Assembly (NCBI GenBank): GCA_030390025.1 | Contig: CM059452.1 | Coordinates: 6,448,001-6,512,000 of the forward strand | Source of the DNA: Squalus acanthias | Lineage: Eukaryota | Reading direction: 5' to 3' | Length of the DNA stretch: 64,000 nt | Part shown: piece after piece, positions 1-12,429 of the stretch | How the letters are laid out: each line of letters opens with the position of its first letter | Position numbering within the stretch: position 1 is the stretch's first letter | Made by a program: the position numbers and the translations under genes | The notes under the pieces: generated by a model | What the model saw: only the letters and a program-made list of their open reading frames with translations | Told to the model about the DNA's origin: nothing | Database searches by the model: none

Positions 1-716
1 ACAGTCGGTCGCTATTAAAGTTTGCTGCAATGATTTGGATGCCGGGGTTTGCTGATCGCGTTATCGGTTCTGATTCACCAGCTTCTCTTTTTCAAAAGTT
101 GATCTGAAGCGGGCGGGCCCCAAAATTCTTATGTTTCTCTGTCAGCTCACTCCTTATTTATCAGGCAAGCGGACCAATTTTACAGCTAATTTTCAAAGGA
201 CTGGGTCACAGACTCAGGGGCAGTTAGAGAAATGCAATCAGAGACATTTGTATAATGTGAGGGCTTTCTACTCATCTCCGGACCCAAATCGTGTAGCTAT
301 AGCCATCCACATTGTAAATAGAATCACATTACCCATCTCCCGCATTCAGTTACATAAATCAATAACAATTCATATTATAGGTCATACTGTACTGGTACAG
401 AGTGCGGGGATAGATAGCGAGAGATAGAGAAACACGTACTGGAGGTAATTTAGACCCCAATAATGTAATTTCATCTTAGAGATTCACATCCCCTCTGAAA
501 GAGTGTGGAAATAAAGGGATTTAATTTACAATCCACGATGTAATTAATTATTACTAAACACACTCTCGACAGCAATATCACCATTTAGTATCAAATAACA
601 TATTGCATTGTAACCATACAGACAAATAACTATCCCTGGATACAGATACAGGGTCCACCTTTAACAATAAACTAGTGTAAAGATATAAGTCCATTCTGTT
701 GGTGATGTGGAAGGTG

Positions 717-797
717 TGACGTGGATCCAGTAGCCGCCTCTATCAGGGAATCAATAGGCGGCGCCTGTAACCTCGCCCCCTTCTACCGGGTATTTAA
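717..797 (+). promoter_or_regulatory. Putative VH promoter: CRE-like TGACGT (717-722) and TATA-like TATTTAA (791-797); no octamer seen
   Basis: Motifs lie 90-170 bp upstream of the leader ATG at 890. Shark IgH promoters are known to lack the mammalian octamer. Confidence 0.45.
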
Positions 798-889
798 CTG
801 CCGGTCACTGGGACCGCAATACAACAGTCCGGGAGCGGGTTTGCTCAGTGAGTTCTTGTCAGAACCATTTCCCACACATTGCCAGGAGG

Positions 890-935
890 ATGAGGTCGGC
901 GATTTCTCTCAGTCTGTTGCTTGCTTTCTTATCCG
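890..935 (+). CDS. IGHV: IgM VH leader exon (MRSAISLSLLLAFLS/G)
   Basis: ATG at 890, hydrophobic signal peptide, phase-1 donor G|GTGAG at 935/936. Confidence 0.93.
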
Positions 936-1062
936 GTGAGTAGTTTTTATTGTCCAAGTCTCTCACTGTTACTGTCTCAGTGTTAGTCTCTCTCTGGAAT
1001 GTTACAGAGTCAGGAATCATTTCACCAGGATTAATCCTCGGGGTTTTTGATTGTTTTTACAG

Positions 1063-1367
1063 GTGTCCAGTCGGATGTGGTGTTGACTCAGCCAGAGGCA
1101 GAGACCAGGAGTCCCGGAGGCTCCCTGAGACTGACCTGTAAAACCAGCGGGTTCACTCTTAGTAGCACCTGGATGGGCTGGGTCCGACAGGTTCCCGGAC
1201 AGGGGCTGGAGTGGCTGGTTTACTATCTCAGTTCATCGAACGAGTATTACGCCCCAGGGATCCAGAGCCGATTTACTGCGTCCAAAGACAATTCAAACAG
1301 CATCTTCGCTTTGGACATGAAGAACCTGAGGACCGAAGACACCGCCATCTATTACTGTGCAAGAGAC
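1063..1367 (+). CDS. IGHV: Germline IgM VH exon, intact
   Basis: Acceptor TTTTACAG|; reads [14 protein letters not shown]...LTCKTSGF...[14 protein letters not shown]...RFTASKD...[11 protein letters not shown]. Both Cys and the conserved Trp are present. Confidence 0.96.
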
Positions 1368-1406
1368 CACAGCGAGAGGAACCAGGGCTGGACCCGTACA
1401 AGAACA
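1368..1406 (+). other. VH 23-RSS
   Basis: CACAGCG + 23 nt + ACAAGAACA. Confidence 0.92.
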
Positions 1407-1796
1407 GAACGAGGGGACATTCAACAACTTCCATCATAATCTGACGGTCAGTAATTGTATTAAACGCGATCTTAACAGCATTGTTCAGAACCAGACCACA
1501 CGCCGCTTCTTACTGAATTAACACACTGAAAATTCAATGGTAAAAATCTAGCACAGTAACCGATGTACTGAGGAGAGGTTTTGGCTGTGCTCATGTTTAC
1601 TGTTCACAGTGTCAGCAATGGCAGAGCTGGAGTTAATGCTCGTTTCAATATGATTGATACCTGGAGGGAGTTGGTTGGGACTGTGTTCACTTTCTATTAC
1701 GTTGTGTAAACTGTTGGATAAATTCTAAACTAGATCAGAAGTGAATGTCTATTTGAAGTGAATGTTGAGAGGCGGCACTGAACAGGGAGTGAGTGC

Positions 1797-1876
1797 AGTA
1801 TTTGTGCGGGTTCCTGTCACTGTGGTACAACAGTGGGTCACGGTGCTGTACAGAGCGAGCTCCTCATACAAAAACC
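1797..1876 (+). other. IgH D1 segment (GTACAACAGTGGGT, 1825-1838) with 5' 12-RSS and 3' 22(23-class)-RSS
   Basis: AGTATTTGT-12-CACTGTG | D | CACGGTG-22-ACAAAAACC, the canonical shark D1 arrangement. Confidence 0.92.
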
Positions 1877-2189
1877 CCAGACAGGGAGTTTGCTCACACC
1901 TGCGATCACTGCCACGGCAGGAGCGGCGGAGAAAATGAGGCTTAAATTAAAATAATGGGTAAAAGTAACATAGATTTATAACAATTTATAAAAGTGTTTT
2001 GCTTTATTAGTGTTGATTGTCGTGCTAAATCTGCACAGAGGCTTGAGAAGTTTTCCAATCCCTTTTATAAAGATAATGACCAGCACAAACTGAAATATCT
2101 CACTGATTCACTCTTAGGGGAGTCGGAATCAGGGTTTTGAGAGCGCTGTGGAATTTCATCTCTGTATTTTACAGTTAACAGTCCGCCGG

Positions 2190-2258
2190 AGTATTTGGCA
2201 CGGCGTGTCTCACTGTGGTACACTGGGTGGCACAGCAGTTACTGTCAATACAAAAACC
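2190..2258 (+). other. IgH D2 segment (GTACACTGGGTGG, 2218-2230) with 12/12 RSSs
   Basis: AGTATTTGG-12-CACTGTG | D | CACAGCA-12-ACAAAAACC. Confidence 0.92.
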
Positions 2259-2582
2259 CTCAGCACTAATTGAGTGAGTCTGGGTCAGTGTCGCTTTCAC
2301 AATCCAACTGTAGATGCAGTGAAGTCCTATTTGTGTCCAGCACTGTCCACTAGCACAGTTTAATATGGATAAACTGTGATAATTAATCATTGATCAGTTG
2401 ATGATTTCATTAACTGTTCAAGGGTTACTCTGTGAAATATAAAGGATCAGGGAATTTATAAAGAGTGAAAAGTATCCATTGACACATTTATCATTTTATG
2501 AAGATCCATCGTGACTTTACTTTTCCTCTGGGATGTGAATATTTAAACTAATGTTGGATTTCTGTCTGTTTTACACAGAGCC

Positions 2583-2621
2583 GGTTATTGTGTGACCCAG
2601 CCCGGGGAATGGAACACTGTG
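2583..2621 (+). other. JH 23-RSS
   Basis: GGTTATTGT-23-CACTGTG. Confidence 0.92.
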
Positions 2622-2669
2622 ACTACTTCGACTACTGGGGACAAGGCACCATGGTGACGGTGACTGCAG
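2622..2669 (+). CDS. IGHJ: JH segment (YFDYWGQGTMVTVTA)
   Basis: WGxG motif and phase-1 donor G|GTAAG at 2669/2670. Confidence 0.96.
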
Positions 2670-2724
2670 GTAAGAAACATTCACTCTTTCAGCAACTGTT
2701 GTATTTGTGCCTTTATTTTATATT

Positions 2725-4000
2725 TCTGTTTATTTCAATAATTCATTCATTCACTGAAACTTGGGTTCGGTGGATTCTGTATTGAGATTTTTTGCTCTGT
2801 TTCATTTGATTCTGCTGCAAAGGGATAATAGATTTAAACAGTTTCTTCAGAAAAAGTGTTGTTGAGGGATTGAGTCCCTGATTGATGTGATTTGGTGTTT
2901 ATCTGCTGATGAGACTGTGAGCCTGGGTTACTTTAAATACCCAACGGTTGTTGAACTGTTTGGAGTTTCTACAATGTTTATTCTCGGTGACATCTAATGG
3001 TTGTAGGTTTTCTGATCAAATGTAAACATTATGTGACTAAATGTGTTTGAAATAAGATTGCAGACAGAAAACAGAAAGCTTTAGCGGTCAAAAATAATCT
3101 TAAGATATTTTAATGTATTTTTATTTGTGATATTTACATTGTCAGCTTTTAATCTAATGTTCACCAACGGTCATATTCAATACGTGAAATGTTACTGTAA
3201 TTTATAACTACATAATCAACACATTTGTAGCCTGAATGAGATTTAAATTAATATAAATAAAGTTATCATATGTAGTAATATCACCCAATATTACAACAAT
3301 ATGCTATATCAATAGTAATTTATTAAACCTGATCCGTCTACTCTCAATTCCGCTGTCATTATTTTATATTTATGTTTATTTCAATAATTAATTCGTTCAG
3401 TGATAGATGGGTTCGCTGGATTCTGTATTGAGATTTTTTTGCAATGTTACATTTGATTCTGCTGAAAGGGTTTATAGAATGAAGCTGCTTCTCCACAAAA
3501 CGTTCTGTTGCGGGATTCAGCCCCTCAGTGATGTGATTTGCTGTTTATCTGCTGAGGAGAGTGTGTGCCTGGGTTACTTTGAATAAGTAAAGTTTGTGAA
3601 ACTGTTTGGAGTTTCTGCAATGTTTAATCTCGGTGACATCGAACTGCTGCAGGTTTTCTGATCTGTTTAAAACTGTTTGAAAGATGATTGTAGGCAGACA
3701 ACAAGTAGGTTTTATAAATCAAAAATCATTTAAAAATAATTTAATGCATGTTTTTATTTAAGTGAGAATTCCAGATTCAACTATTAATCTATGGTTTACG
3801 GTGCTCACATTTAATAGGTGAAATGTTACTGTAATTACGAATTATATAATTAACAATTTGCAGGTTGAAGGAGAGTTAAATTAATATAACTCAAACGATT
3901 AGAATGCGGTAATATTGCCCAATATCACTAAATATGTTGCAGTATTAATATTAATGTATTAAACATTATTCGCCTTCCACAATTCTGCTGTGCACTGGTC
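2725..4000. repeat. Diverged ~650-bp tandem duplication in the JH-Cmu1 intron (partial third copy ~5280-5830)
   Basis: Paired words such as TGGATTCTGTATTGAGATTTTTT (2771/3417), AACTGTTTGGAGTTTCT (2954/3600) and GTGAAATGTTACTGTAATT (3184/3818). Confidence 0.75.
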
Positions 4001-6159
4001 ACAATTAACCTGAGCGGAGAATTTTAGAGGCTGGAGACAATTTCTGATTTATGTCTGAAATTATTTTAATAACAGCAGACTGATTCCACCGCAGTGTTCA
4101 GTTTAATGAGGGTTTGAAATTAATTGTTATCTCCCTGTTTCACACAGATGAATGACAGATTGTATTTAATTATGCATTAAATGCGAGTATAAATTGCAGT
4201 TTGTAAATGTAATAAATCTGCCGGGTTATTAAATTCTTACTGTGCAGCGGAAACCATGTTATTCCTTCAATATTATTTGTTGTTTGATAGCGAGACAATA
4301 ATCACTAAACTAATCTTAAACAGTTTGTAAGATCATAGGCTGAGCGGTCGCTGGCAGTCAAAGAATTGTTCATATGATTCTATTTAAATTCACGGAAGGT
4401 GCAGACTGCGTAAGGCTGGAGACAGACAAATAACCCATTGACATTCAAGCAGATTAATTTAATTACAAAAGGTTAATATTAGTTTTGAATTTAATAACAA
4501 CATCCTGTCTCCCATAGCTGTGCTGTATACGGGATAGAATTATAGACAGTGAACAGATTACATCTGAGAGTTATGTTTAATTCTCATTAATGTTAAATTG
4601 ATCAACAAAATCTCTCCTCCATTTGCTCATTAAATTTCAGTGTCGCAGATGGTCTGATTGATTTGTTCTCCGCCAGTTTTACACTGATCATTCTGGAACT
4701 GATTTTCAATAAATAGCAGAATATATTTAATAATTAATTTACGGGCATTGTGTGAATTACGGGAGTAAAGTATAAAAAGATTGTCTGTGTTATTAAATAG
4801 CGGAGTCTCTGTTACTGACTGCAAACTGGCCGGTTGTCTTTTAATTCACGAAAATAGTATTTATAGTTAAGATTGAGGACAATGTTTAAACTCGAGAGCC
4901 CTGCTTTAGTAAACACACGGTGTTACAGTCCATCGGTAGTTAGTGAGATGTGACCACGGCCAGACTTTGAACTATTTAAAATAGTCCACTCCTAAATCCA
5001 TCATGTGAAATCCACTCTGAGAAAAGATGGAGTTTATGTTGTATCAGAGAGTTCAGAAACATGCAGAGTTTACAAGTGTGTAGATAGAGAGCGGGAATGT
5101 ATTAGAAGTTAGTGACCATTTTAAACTATTCAAATGTGATTTGATTTAAATAAAAATAATATATTTGTCTGAATGTCTTTATCTATTAATATGATTTTTA
5201 ATATTTTAATATTGATAAGTGTCATGTTAATTTAATTGAAACCCTATAAGTTCACAAGTTACCAGGCAGAAACAGGATTAAAATTAATATCAACTAATTT
5301 TAATATAATGCAGCTAACATCAATATTAACTTAGAATATAATATGAGTGCGAATTTATTAAACATAAATGACCTCCCACAATTGCGTTGTATACTGGACA
5401 GGATTACAGTTACTGCAAAATCTCAAGGATTGTAGAGAATTTTAAATGATGTCTAAAATTAATTTAGAAACAATACATGTCTTACTCAGCTGTACTCAGC
5501 TCGAGAAGGTGTCGCCGCAGATTTTAATGAATTAACTTCGTGTTTTGCCTCGATGATTTTACCGGTTATATTTAATTATGAAATTATATTTACCCAGTGG
5601 TTCCTAGTTCGTTAAATTCTTACTCTGTCACGGAGTCCCTGTTATATGCAGCAAATTACCCTGTAATGTGAATTATTTCAGTAAACTAGTTTTCAGGGAA
5701 ACTAAATCTTATTTGTTTGTAAGATTGTAGACAGGGAGGGAGAAATGGTTGGAAGTCGAAGAGAGTTTTTCAAATTAATATCAGTTTAATTTCAAAAAAC
5801 GTGCAGACTTGAGGTGGTCGGAAATTGACAAGAGATCAATCAGAAATCAGCTTCATTGAAATTGACAGATTGAAGAGATCTATCTGCTGAGAGCACGATT
5901 GTTGCACCGTTTGTGTCTGTTCTGTTTCTGTGCGCCTGCTCACTGTGTGAGAATCAGGAGTCCTCCTGACTGGCTGTAAACCTGCTGGTTTGTTCTCTTG
6001 TGTTTCATGGAGTACAATTCGAAACAGTTATTTCAGAAGCTTGTATCTGTGAGAAATGCGATAGTTTGACTTTAAGTTTGAGGAGGTGCCTCCGAGCTGG
6101 ATCAGTAACCCAGTTTGTGACATTCAGAAGCAGCATTTCAGAAACACGTCTGACAGACT

Positions 6160-7530
6160 GTAGAAGGAGCTTTAATCAGTTTCTAACCCGTGCCGTACCT
6201 GCCCTGGGAGTGTTTGATGGGACAGTGTAGAGGGAGCTTTACTCTGTATCTAACCCGTGCTGTACCTGCCCTGGGAGTGTTTGATGGGACAGTGTAGAGG
6301 GAGCTTTACTCTGTATCTAACCCGTGCTGTACCTGCCCTGGGAGTGTTTGATGGGACAGTGTAGAGGGAGCTTTACTCTGTATCTAACCCGTGCTGTACC
6401 TGCCCTGGGAGTATTTGATGGGACAGTGTAGCGGGAGCTTTACTCTGTATCTAACCCGTGCTGTACCTGCCCTGAGCGTGTTTGATGGGATAGTGTAAAG
6501 TGAGCTTTACTCTGTATCTAACCCGTGCAGCACCTGCCCTGGGAGTGTTTGATGGGACAGTGTAGAGGAAGCTTTACTCCATATCTAACCTGTACTGTAC
6601 CTGCCCTGGGCGTGTTTGATGGGACAGTGTAGAGGGAGATTTACTCTGTATCTAACCCGTACTGTACCTGCCCTGGGAGTGAATGATGGGACAGTGTAGA
6701 GGGAGCTTTACTCTGTATCTAACCCGTGCTGAACCTGTCCCTGGGAGTGTTTGATGGGACAATGTAGAGGGAGCTTTAATCTGTATCAACCCGTGCTATA
6801 CCTGCCCTGGGAGTGTTTGATGCGACAGTGTAGAAGGAGCTTTAATCAGTATCTAACCTGTGCTGTACCTGCCCTGGGAGTGTTTGATGGGACAGTGAAG
6901 AGGGAGCTTTACTTTGTATCAAACCCGTGCTGTACCTGTCCTGGGAGTATTTGATGGGACAGTGTAGCGGGGGCTTTACTCTGTATCTAACCCGTGCTGT
7001 ACCTACCCCGGGAGTGTTTGATGGGACAGTGTAGATGGAGCTTTACTCTGTATCTAACCCGTGCAGCACCTGCCCTGGGAGTGTTTGATGGGACAGTGTA
7101 GAGGGAGCTTTACACTGTATCGAACCCGTGCTGAACCTGCCCTGGGAGTGAATGATGGGACAGTGTAGACGGAGCTTTACTCTGTATCTAACCCGTGCTG
7201 TACCTGCCCTGGGATTGTTTGATGGGACAGTGTAGAGGGAGATTTACTCTGTATCTAACCCGTGCTGTTGTGTCCCGTGAATCTTTGATGTTTCAGTGTT
7301 GAGTGAGAATTTACTCTGTATCTAGTCGATGTTGTACCTGCCCTGGGAATGTTTGATTGTGCAATGTAGATGGGGCTTTACTCTGTATTTAACCAGTGCG
7401 GTGCCTTACCCGGAGTGTTTGACAGTGCTGTGCAGACTTGGCGTTGCTCGGAATCAATCCCTTCCTATACCTGACGGTACAGCAGATGGCAGGGCAGTGC
7501 AGAGGGAGCTTTACTCTGTATCTGTACTGT
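6160..7530 (+). repeat. 67-bp tandem satellite, ~17 good copies then degenerate copies
   Basis: Unit GTAGAGGGAGCTTTACTCTGTATCTAACCCGTGCTGTACCTGCCCTGGGAGTGTTTGATGGGACAGT with period 67 (e.g. 6221 to 6288). A solo inverted copy lies at ~20130-20183. Confidence 0.95.
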
Positions 7531-8282
7531 AACAGATCTGTGAGTGCTTTGTCCCGTGTTGTTCAAGGAAACTTAATGTGAATCCAACTAATAAAGTGTG
7601 AGTTCTCCAGCCAGATATATAAAAATAAAACTTTCCATTGCTCCGATGAAACAACCGCACATTAATTGAGTTTAACCTCATTGCAAATAAAACTGCCCAT
7701 TTTTTAATGAATTGATTAAACTTTACACATTTTGAGTATCAGATAATGATTGAATGAGATTGGCCTGATCCTGAGCTCACTTTCAGAACAAACAGTTTCA
7801 GGAAGTGACTGTAACGCTCCAGAAAGCAGCGCCTGTTCTGATCTGATGGGAGGCTGGAAGTTATTTTGAGAATTTAAATGGAGAATGTCGAGACTCCCGC
7901 TCCAAATAACCATCATGGGAACCTTATGTTTGAAAGCATTATTTCTTCAATTGTTTTTAAAAAGGTAACAGGCAGGGACAAACTCGGGTGAGGTGCAGCT
8001 ATTGGACTGGGTCACAGCACAAGGCTCACAGTCACTGAGCCGCACCTCTGTGAAACATTTAAAGAGAAACAGTCAGCCTGCGATGAGTCGTCATTCACAA
8101 TAAGCTTTAAGACTCTGTGACGGGATCCAATTGAATCATTTGAGTCAAATTCCTCAGTTCCCTTTATTTTAAATATCCTCTTGCATTATAACAAACAATA
8201 AAATAGATCTGATGGAGATGTTCAACATTATGAAACGTTTCCTTCCATTAAATCGGGAAGAACTAATTCCGCTGAGCCGTGT

Positions 8283-8950
8283 AGAATCACAAAATCTCAG
8301 AGCACAGAAGGGGCCATTCGGTCCGTCTTGCCTGTGCTGGCTCTGAAAGAGCTGTCCAATCAAATCCCAACTTTTCCTCGTAACCCTTCGCTGAGTCTCT
8401 TCAAGAACATGTCCAGTTGCCTCGTGCATTCCAGAAATTAACAACCCTCTGTTTGAAAAAATTAGCCTAATTTCCCCTCTAGATATTTTGCCAATTATTT
8501 TAATTCTGTGACCTTTGGTTACCGACATACTCGCCAGAAGAACCCTTTTCTCCCGACTTGCTCTGACAAAATCTCTCTCAATTTTGAACAGCTCTATTAG
8601 GTCTCCCCTTAACCTTCTCTGCTCCAAGGAACAATCCCAGCTTATCCAATCTCTCCGCATAACTGAAGTCTCTCATCCCTGGTATCCTCCTGGTCAACCT
8701 CCTCTGTACCCTCTCCAAGGCCTTGTCATCCTTCCTAAATTGTGTTGTCAGAATTGAATACACTACTCCATCTGATGCCTAACGAGTGATTTGTAAAGGT
8801 TTAGCAGGACTTCCTTGTTTTTCTATTCAATGCCCCTATTGCAGTGGCAAGTATCCCACACACTTCCGGAACCGCCTGATCAACTTGCCCTGCCACCTTC
8901 ACAGATTTGTGAATAAGCTCCCCAGGTCCCCCCTGCTCTTGCACCCCCGC
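8283..8950 (-). mobile_element. CR1 LINE 3' fragment
   Basis: Translated ALERVQRRLTRRIPGM and SLEQRRLRGDLIELFKI, typical of the CR1 ORF2 C-terminus; frameshifted. Confidence 0.85.
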
Positions 8951-10677
8951 ACAAACCAGAAGCCAGAGTTGCCCACATCAGCAGTCAGCACATTAGTTAT
9001 TGTTTGTCCTTCCTTGCATAGAACCCGCTGATAACCAATCGATTTTTAATGTTTAAGGATTGCCAATATTAGATATTTAGTGAAGAAACCTGTCCCGATG
9101 TTTAGATTATGTTCGGTACAAACAGCAACAAGAAGTGACTGTAACGACCCAGAAAGCAGCGCCTGTTCTCACTGGTGGGAGGTTGGAAAGTAATTTGGAA
9201 AATGAAATGGAGCATTTAAAGAGCATCGTTCCATATAACTGGCTTTGGGAATTGTATTTAATTCGTATTATTTAATTGAGTGATTAAGAGGAGGAAAGTC
9301 AGGAGACATCCATTCAGTAGAATGGGATAGAGCACAAGTCACACTGCATCGCTCTTCCTCCAATTCTGAGAAGGAAAGAGAGAGACTCGAATCAATCCCG
9401 ATTCATCTAAAGCTTGAATCTTAGAAACCAGGCTGTGCAAAAGTTCCCTATTCAAATCTGTGCGCTAAATTATTCCGCTCACATTTTATAGGAGACTTCA
9501 ACCATTTATTGTAAACGTCCTTTATTGTCATGGGAACAAAGAAGATTTAGAGGATGTCTGATAGAGGGGATTGGAATTATGAAGGGTTTTATGAAGGGAT
9601 TCGGGAAACATATTTCCCCGGGTCGGTGAGTTGGTGAGTAAATGGCACTGATTGAAAATCAGCAGCAACAGAATGAAGGGCGAGGGTATTATTCTACTTT
9701 TCTACACACGGGGGCTGTTGAACATGGGATGTCCTATCAGAAAGAGGGCTGCATGCAGAATCCACAATAGCTCGATAAAATTGCACAGTTGAGAAGATTG
9801 GGAATTGGAAGGTGCACGGGATTGGTGGAGAGATCTTTCAGAGGAGCGATTGGCCGAATCGCCTCCTTCTGTGCTGTAAAGTTGTATTATTTTATAATTC
9901 TGGTCATGCTTTATAAACATGCTGGGATTTGTTTTAAAGGTAATACAACTAGTAGATCTAGCTGTAGGAGTTGTGTGATTAGGAGCACTAATCCCACCGC
10001 TATTCAAACATGTCTATCCCTTGAAAACAACAACTTGCATTTATATAGCGCCTTTAACGTAGTAAAACGTCCCAAGACGATTCACAGGAGCGTCAGCAGA
10101 TACAATCTGACACCGAGCCACATAAGGAGATATCAATGTTTTCTTTAGTATGGTTGGTAGTTACTCTGACAGTTGACCAAAAGCTTGGTCAAAGAGGTAG
10201 GTTTTAAGGCAGCATCTTACAATGGAGAGATGACGACACTTTGATATCATGGAATGGCCTGATTCTGTGCTGATAATAAGAGGCTGACAGCAAAAGGATG
10301 TAGGGAGGAGCTCAGTGGACAGAATCTGAAAGAATCTAATGTGAAAGTGGTTGGGGAATGAGGGGAGTGTTCCATAACAGGGGATCAAGAGCTGGAGGAA
10401 GTCCACGATACAATATTCCGGCATTCACTCGGTATAAAGGGGCCTCAGGGACAGAATGCCCCTTTCAGACTCCTGACTTTTCTTATGTACAAGACTGGAG
10501 TCACATGAAGGCGATTCACGTCGGGTCTCACAACTCACAGAAACTCAAATGCTGATCTAGGTTTTGATCGGCAAATGATGGAATTAGTTCATTCTGTAGT
10601 CACATTTCGAGTTGTTTGGTTATGTTATAAGCACGGATTACAGAGTCTAACTTGTTCAATTGGCCATTCTTTCCCAG

Positions 10678-10977
10678 CGACACAGTCTCCTCCCACCCTC
10701 TACGCCCTGCTCTCCACCTGTGAACAACCCAACACCGGCGGCCCCGTCACGTACGGCTGTTTGGCGATGGACTACTTCCCGGAAATCACCAGCCTTTCCT
10801 GGAGTAAAGATAAAGAGCCGATCACCACTGGATTGAAGACCTACCCGTCAGTGTTCAACAAGAAGGGAACCTACACCCTGAGCAGCCAGTTAACCATCAC
10901 CGAGTCAGAGGTGGGGAGCAGCGCCATCTACTGCCAGGTTCGACGAAGTGGGTCAGACTGGAGCGTCAAAATGCCAG
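10678..10977 (+). CDS. IGHM: IgM Cmu1 exon
   Basis: Acceptor TTCCCAG|; [17 protein letters not shown]...[11 protein letters not shown]...W...YTLSSQLTI...IYCQV; 300 nt; donor G|GTTAG. Confidence 0.93.
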
Positions 10978-11009
10978 GTTAGTGTTGTGGGCTACAGGGG
11001 GAAACTGTG

Positions 11010-11790
11010 AAAAGCAGAGAAGTTATGTTCAACTTCAATACAACTTTGGTTAGACCAGACTTAGAGTACTGTGTACAGGTCTGGTCTCCATGTCACACTT
11101 AGAGTACTGTGTACAGGTCTGGTCTCCATATCACACTTAGAGCACTGTGCACAGGTCTGGTCTCCATATCACACTTGCAGCACTGTGCACAGGTCTGGTC
11201 TCCATATCACACTTAGAGTACTGTGCACAGGTCTGGTCTCCATATCACACTTAGTGTACTGTCTATAGTTCTGGTTTCCATATTATAAGAATGATACAGA
11301 GGCACTGGAGAAGTGCAAAAAAGATTTACAAGGACGATACCAGAAAGAAAAATTGTAACTGTCAAGAATGATTGAACGGGTTTGGGATCTTTTCTCTCGA
11401 AAAGAGAAGTCTGAGGGGTGACCGAATAGAGGTCTTTAAAATTCTGAAGGGGTTTGAAAGGTTAGATGTAGAGATAATATTTCTGCTTGAGGAGGAACCC
11501 GATACTAGGGATCATAAATATAAGATAATCACTAATAAATCCAATATGGAATTCAGGAGAAACTTCTTTACCCAGAGAGTGGGTAGAATGTGGAAACCGC
11601 CTCCACATGGAGTAGATGAGGCGAACAGCATAGATGTGTTTCAGGGGAATCTAGATAAGTACAGGAGGGAGAAAGGAATAGAAGGTTATGTTGATGAGGG
11701 AGATGAAGTAGGGAGAGAGGAGGCTCATGTGGAGAATAAACACCGACCTGTTGGGCCGAGTGGCCTGTTTCTGTGTTGTAGATTCTATGT
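11010..11790 (+). mobile_element. CR1 LINE 3' fragment containing an internal 38-bp tandem array (11060-11280)
   Basis: FSLEKRSLRGDRIEVFKILKG and RRNFFTQRV; the array unit matches the HLEYCVQ(F/V)WSPY-coding stretch. Confidence 0.85.
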
Positions 11791-11851
11791 AAAACACCGC
11801 TTTACAGTTCTTAATTGCAACATAATCCCAATAAAATGTATTTTCTTCAAG

Positions 11852-12163
11852 ATCGTGTGGTACATCATCCAACTGTGATCCTCACCCTGAGTTCCAGTGA
11901 AGAAATCATCAGCAGCAGGTCTGTAACCGCCGTGTGTTCAATCATCGATTTCCGTCCAAAGTCAATCACCGTGAATTGGCTGAAGAAAGGACAGCTCATG
12001 GATTCGGGCTTCGTCACCTCTCCCGTCTGTGAAGTGAACGGGAACTTCTCGGCGACCAGTCGGCTGACATTCCCCGCCGGGGAATGGTTCGCCGGCTGGG
12101 TCTATACCTGCCAGGTCACTCATCAAGGGGTCACCCAAAGCCGAAACATCTCCAGATCTCAGG
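11852..12163 (+). CDS. IGHM: IgM Cmu2 exon
   Basis: TTCTTCAAG|; [19 protein letters not shown]...[19 protein letters not shown]...YTCQVTHQG; 312 nt; G|GTAAG. Confidence 0.93.
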
Positions 12164-12429
12164 GTAAGAGACTCAACCCCGAGAAGTCCCAGATCATTCT
12201 GAGCGCTGATCATTATGAACCATTTCTAATTTCCAATCATACAGCTTGTGTTTCCTTCTGATGTCAGTGCTGACTCAGGGTTCCTCACGGTTCAGGATTC
12301 CATCACTTCGCCAAAGGTTTCCCTCAGCTGTGATGTCAGACAGTGAGTGAGGTGTCCTCAGTCTCAGGTTTACCCCGAGAAAGCTCTGTTTCTAATTTCC
12401 AATCAAGCTGTTTGTGTTTTCTTCCGATA

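Noticed and set aside
421-445. Short match (AAACACGTACT) to FR2 of the 41.7-kb TCR V, hinting at a TCR V upstream of VH
   Set aside because: Only 11 exact bases with no extension, frame or RSS; expected by chance in 64 kb.
751-764. Weak CTCF-like word in the VH promoter
   Set aside because: Three mismatches to the core; not counted without a PWM score.
2132-2160. Nonamer-like GGGTTTTGA upstream of D2
   Set aside because: No heptamer at 12 or 23 nt.
6160-7530. Regular repeats resembling a CRISPR array
   Set aside because: Head-to-tail tandem units with no unique spacers, in vertebrate DNA with no cas genes. The same applies to the 16-kb and 52-kb arrays.
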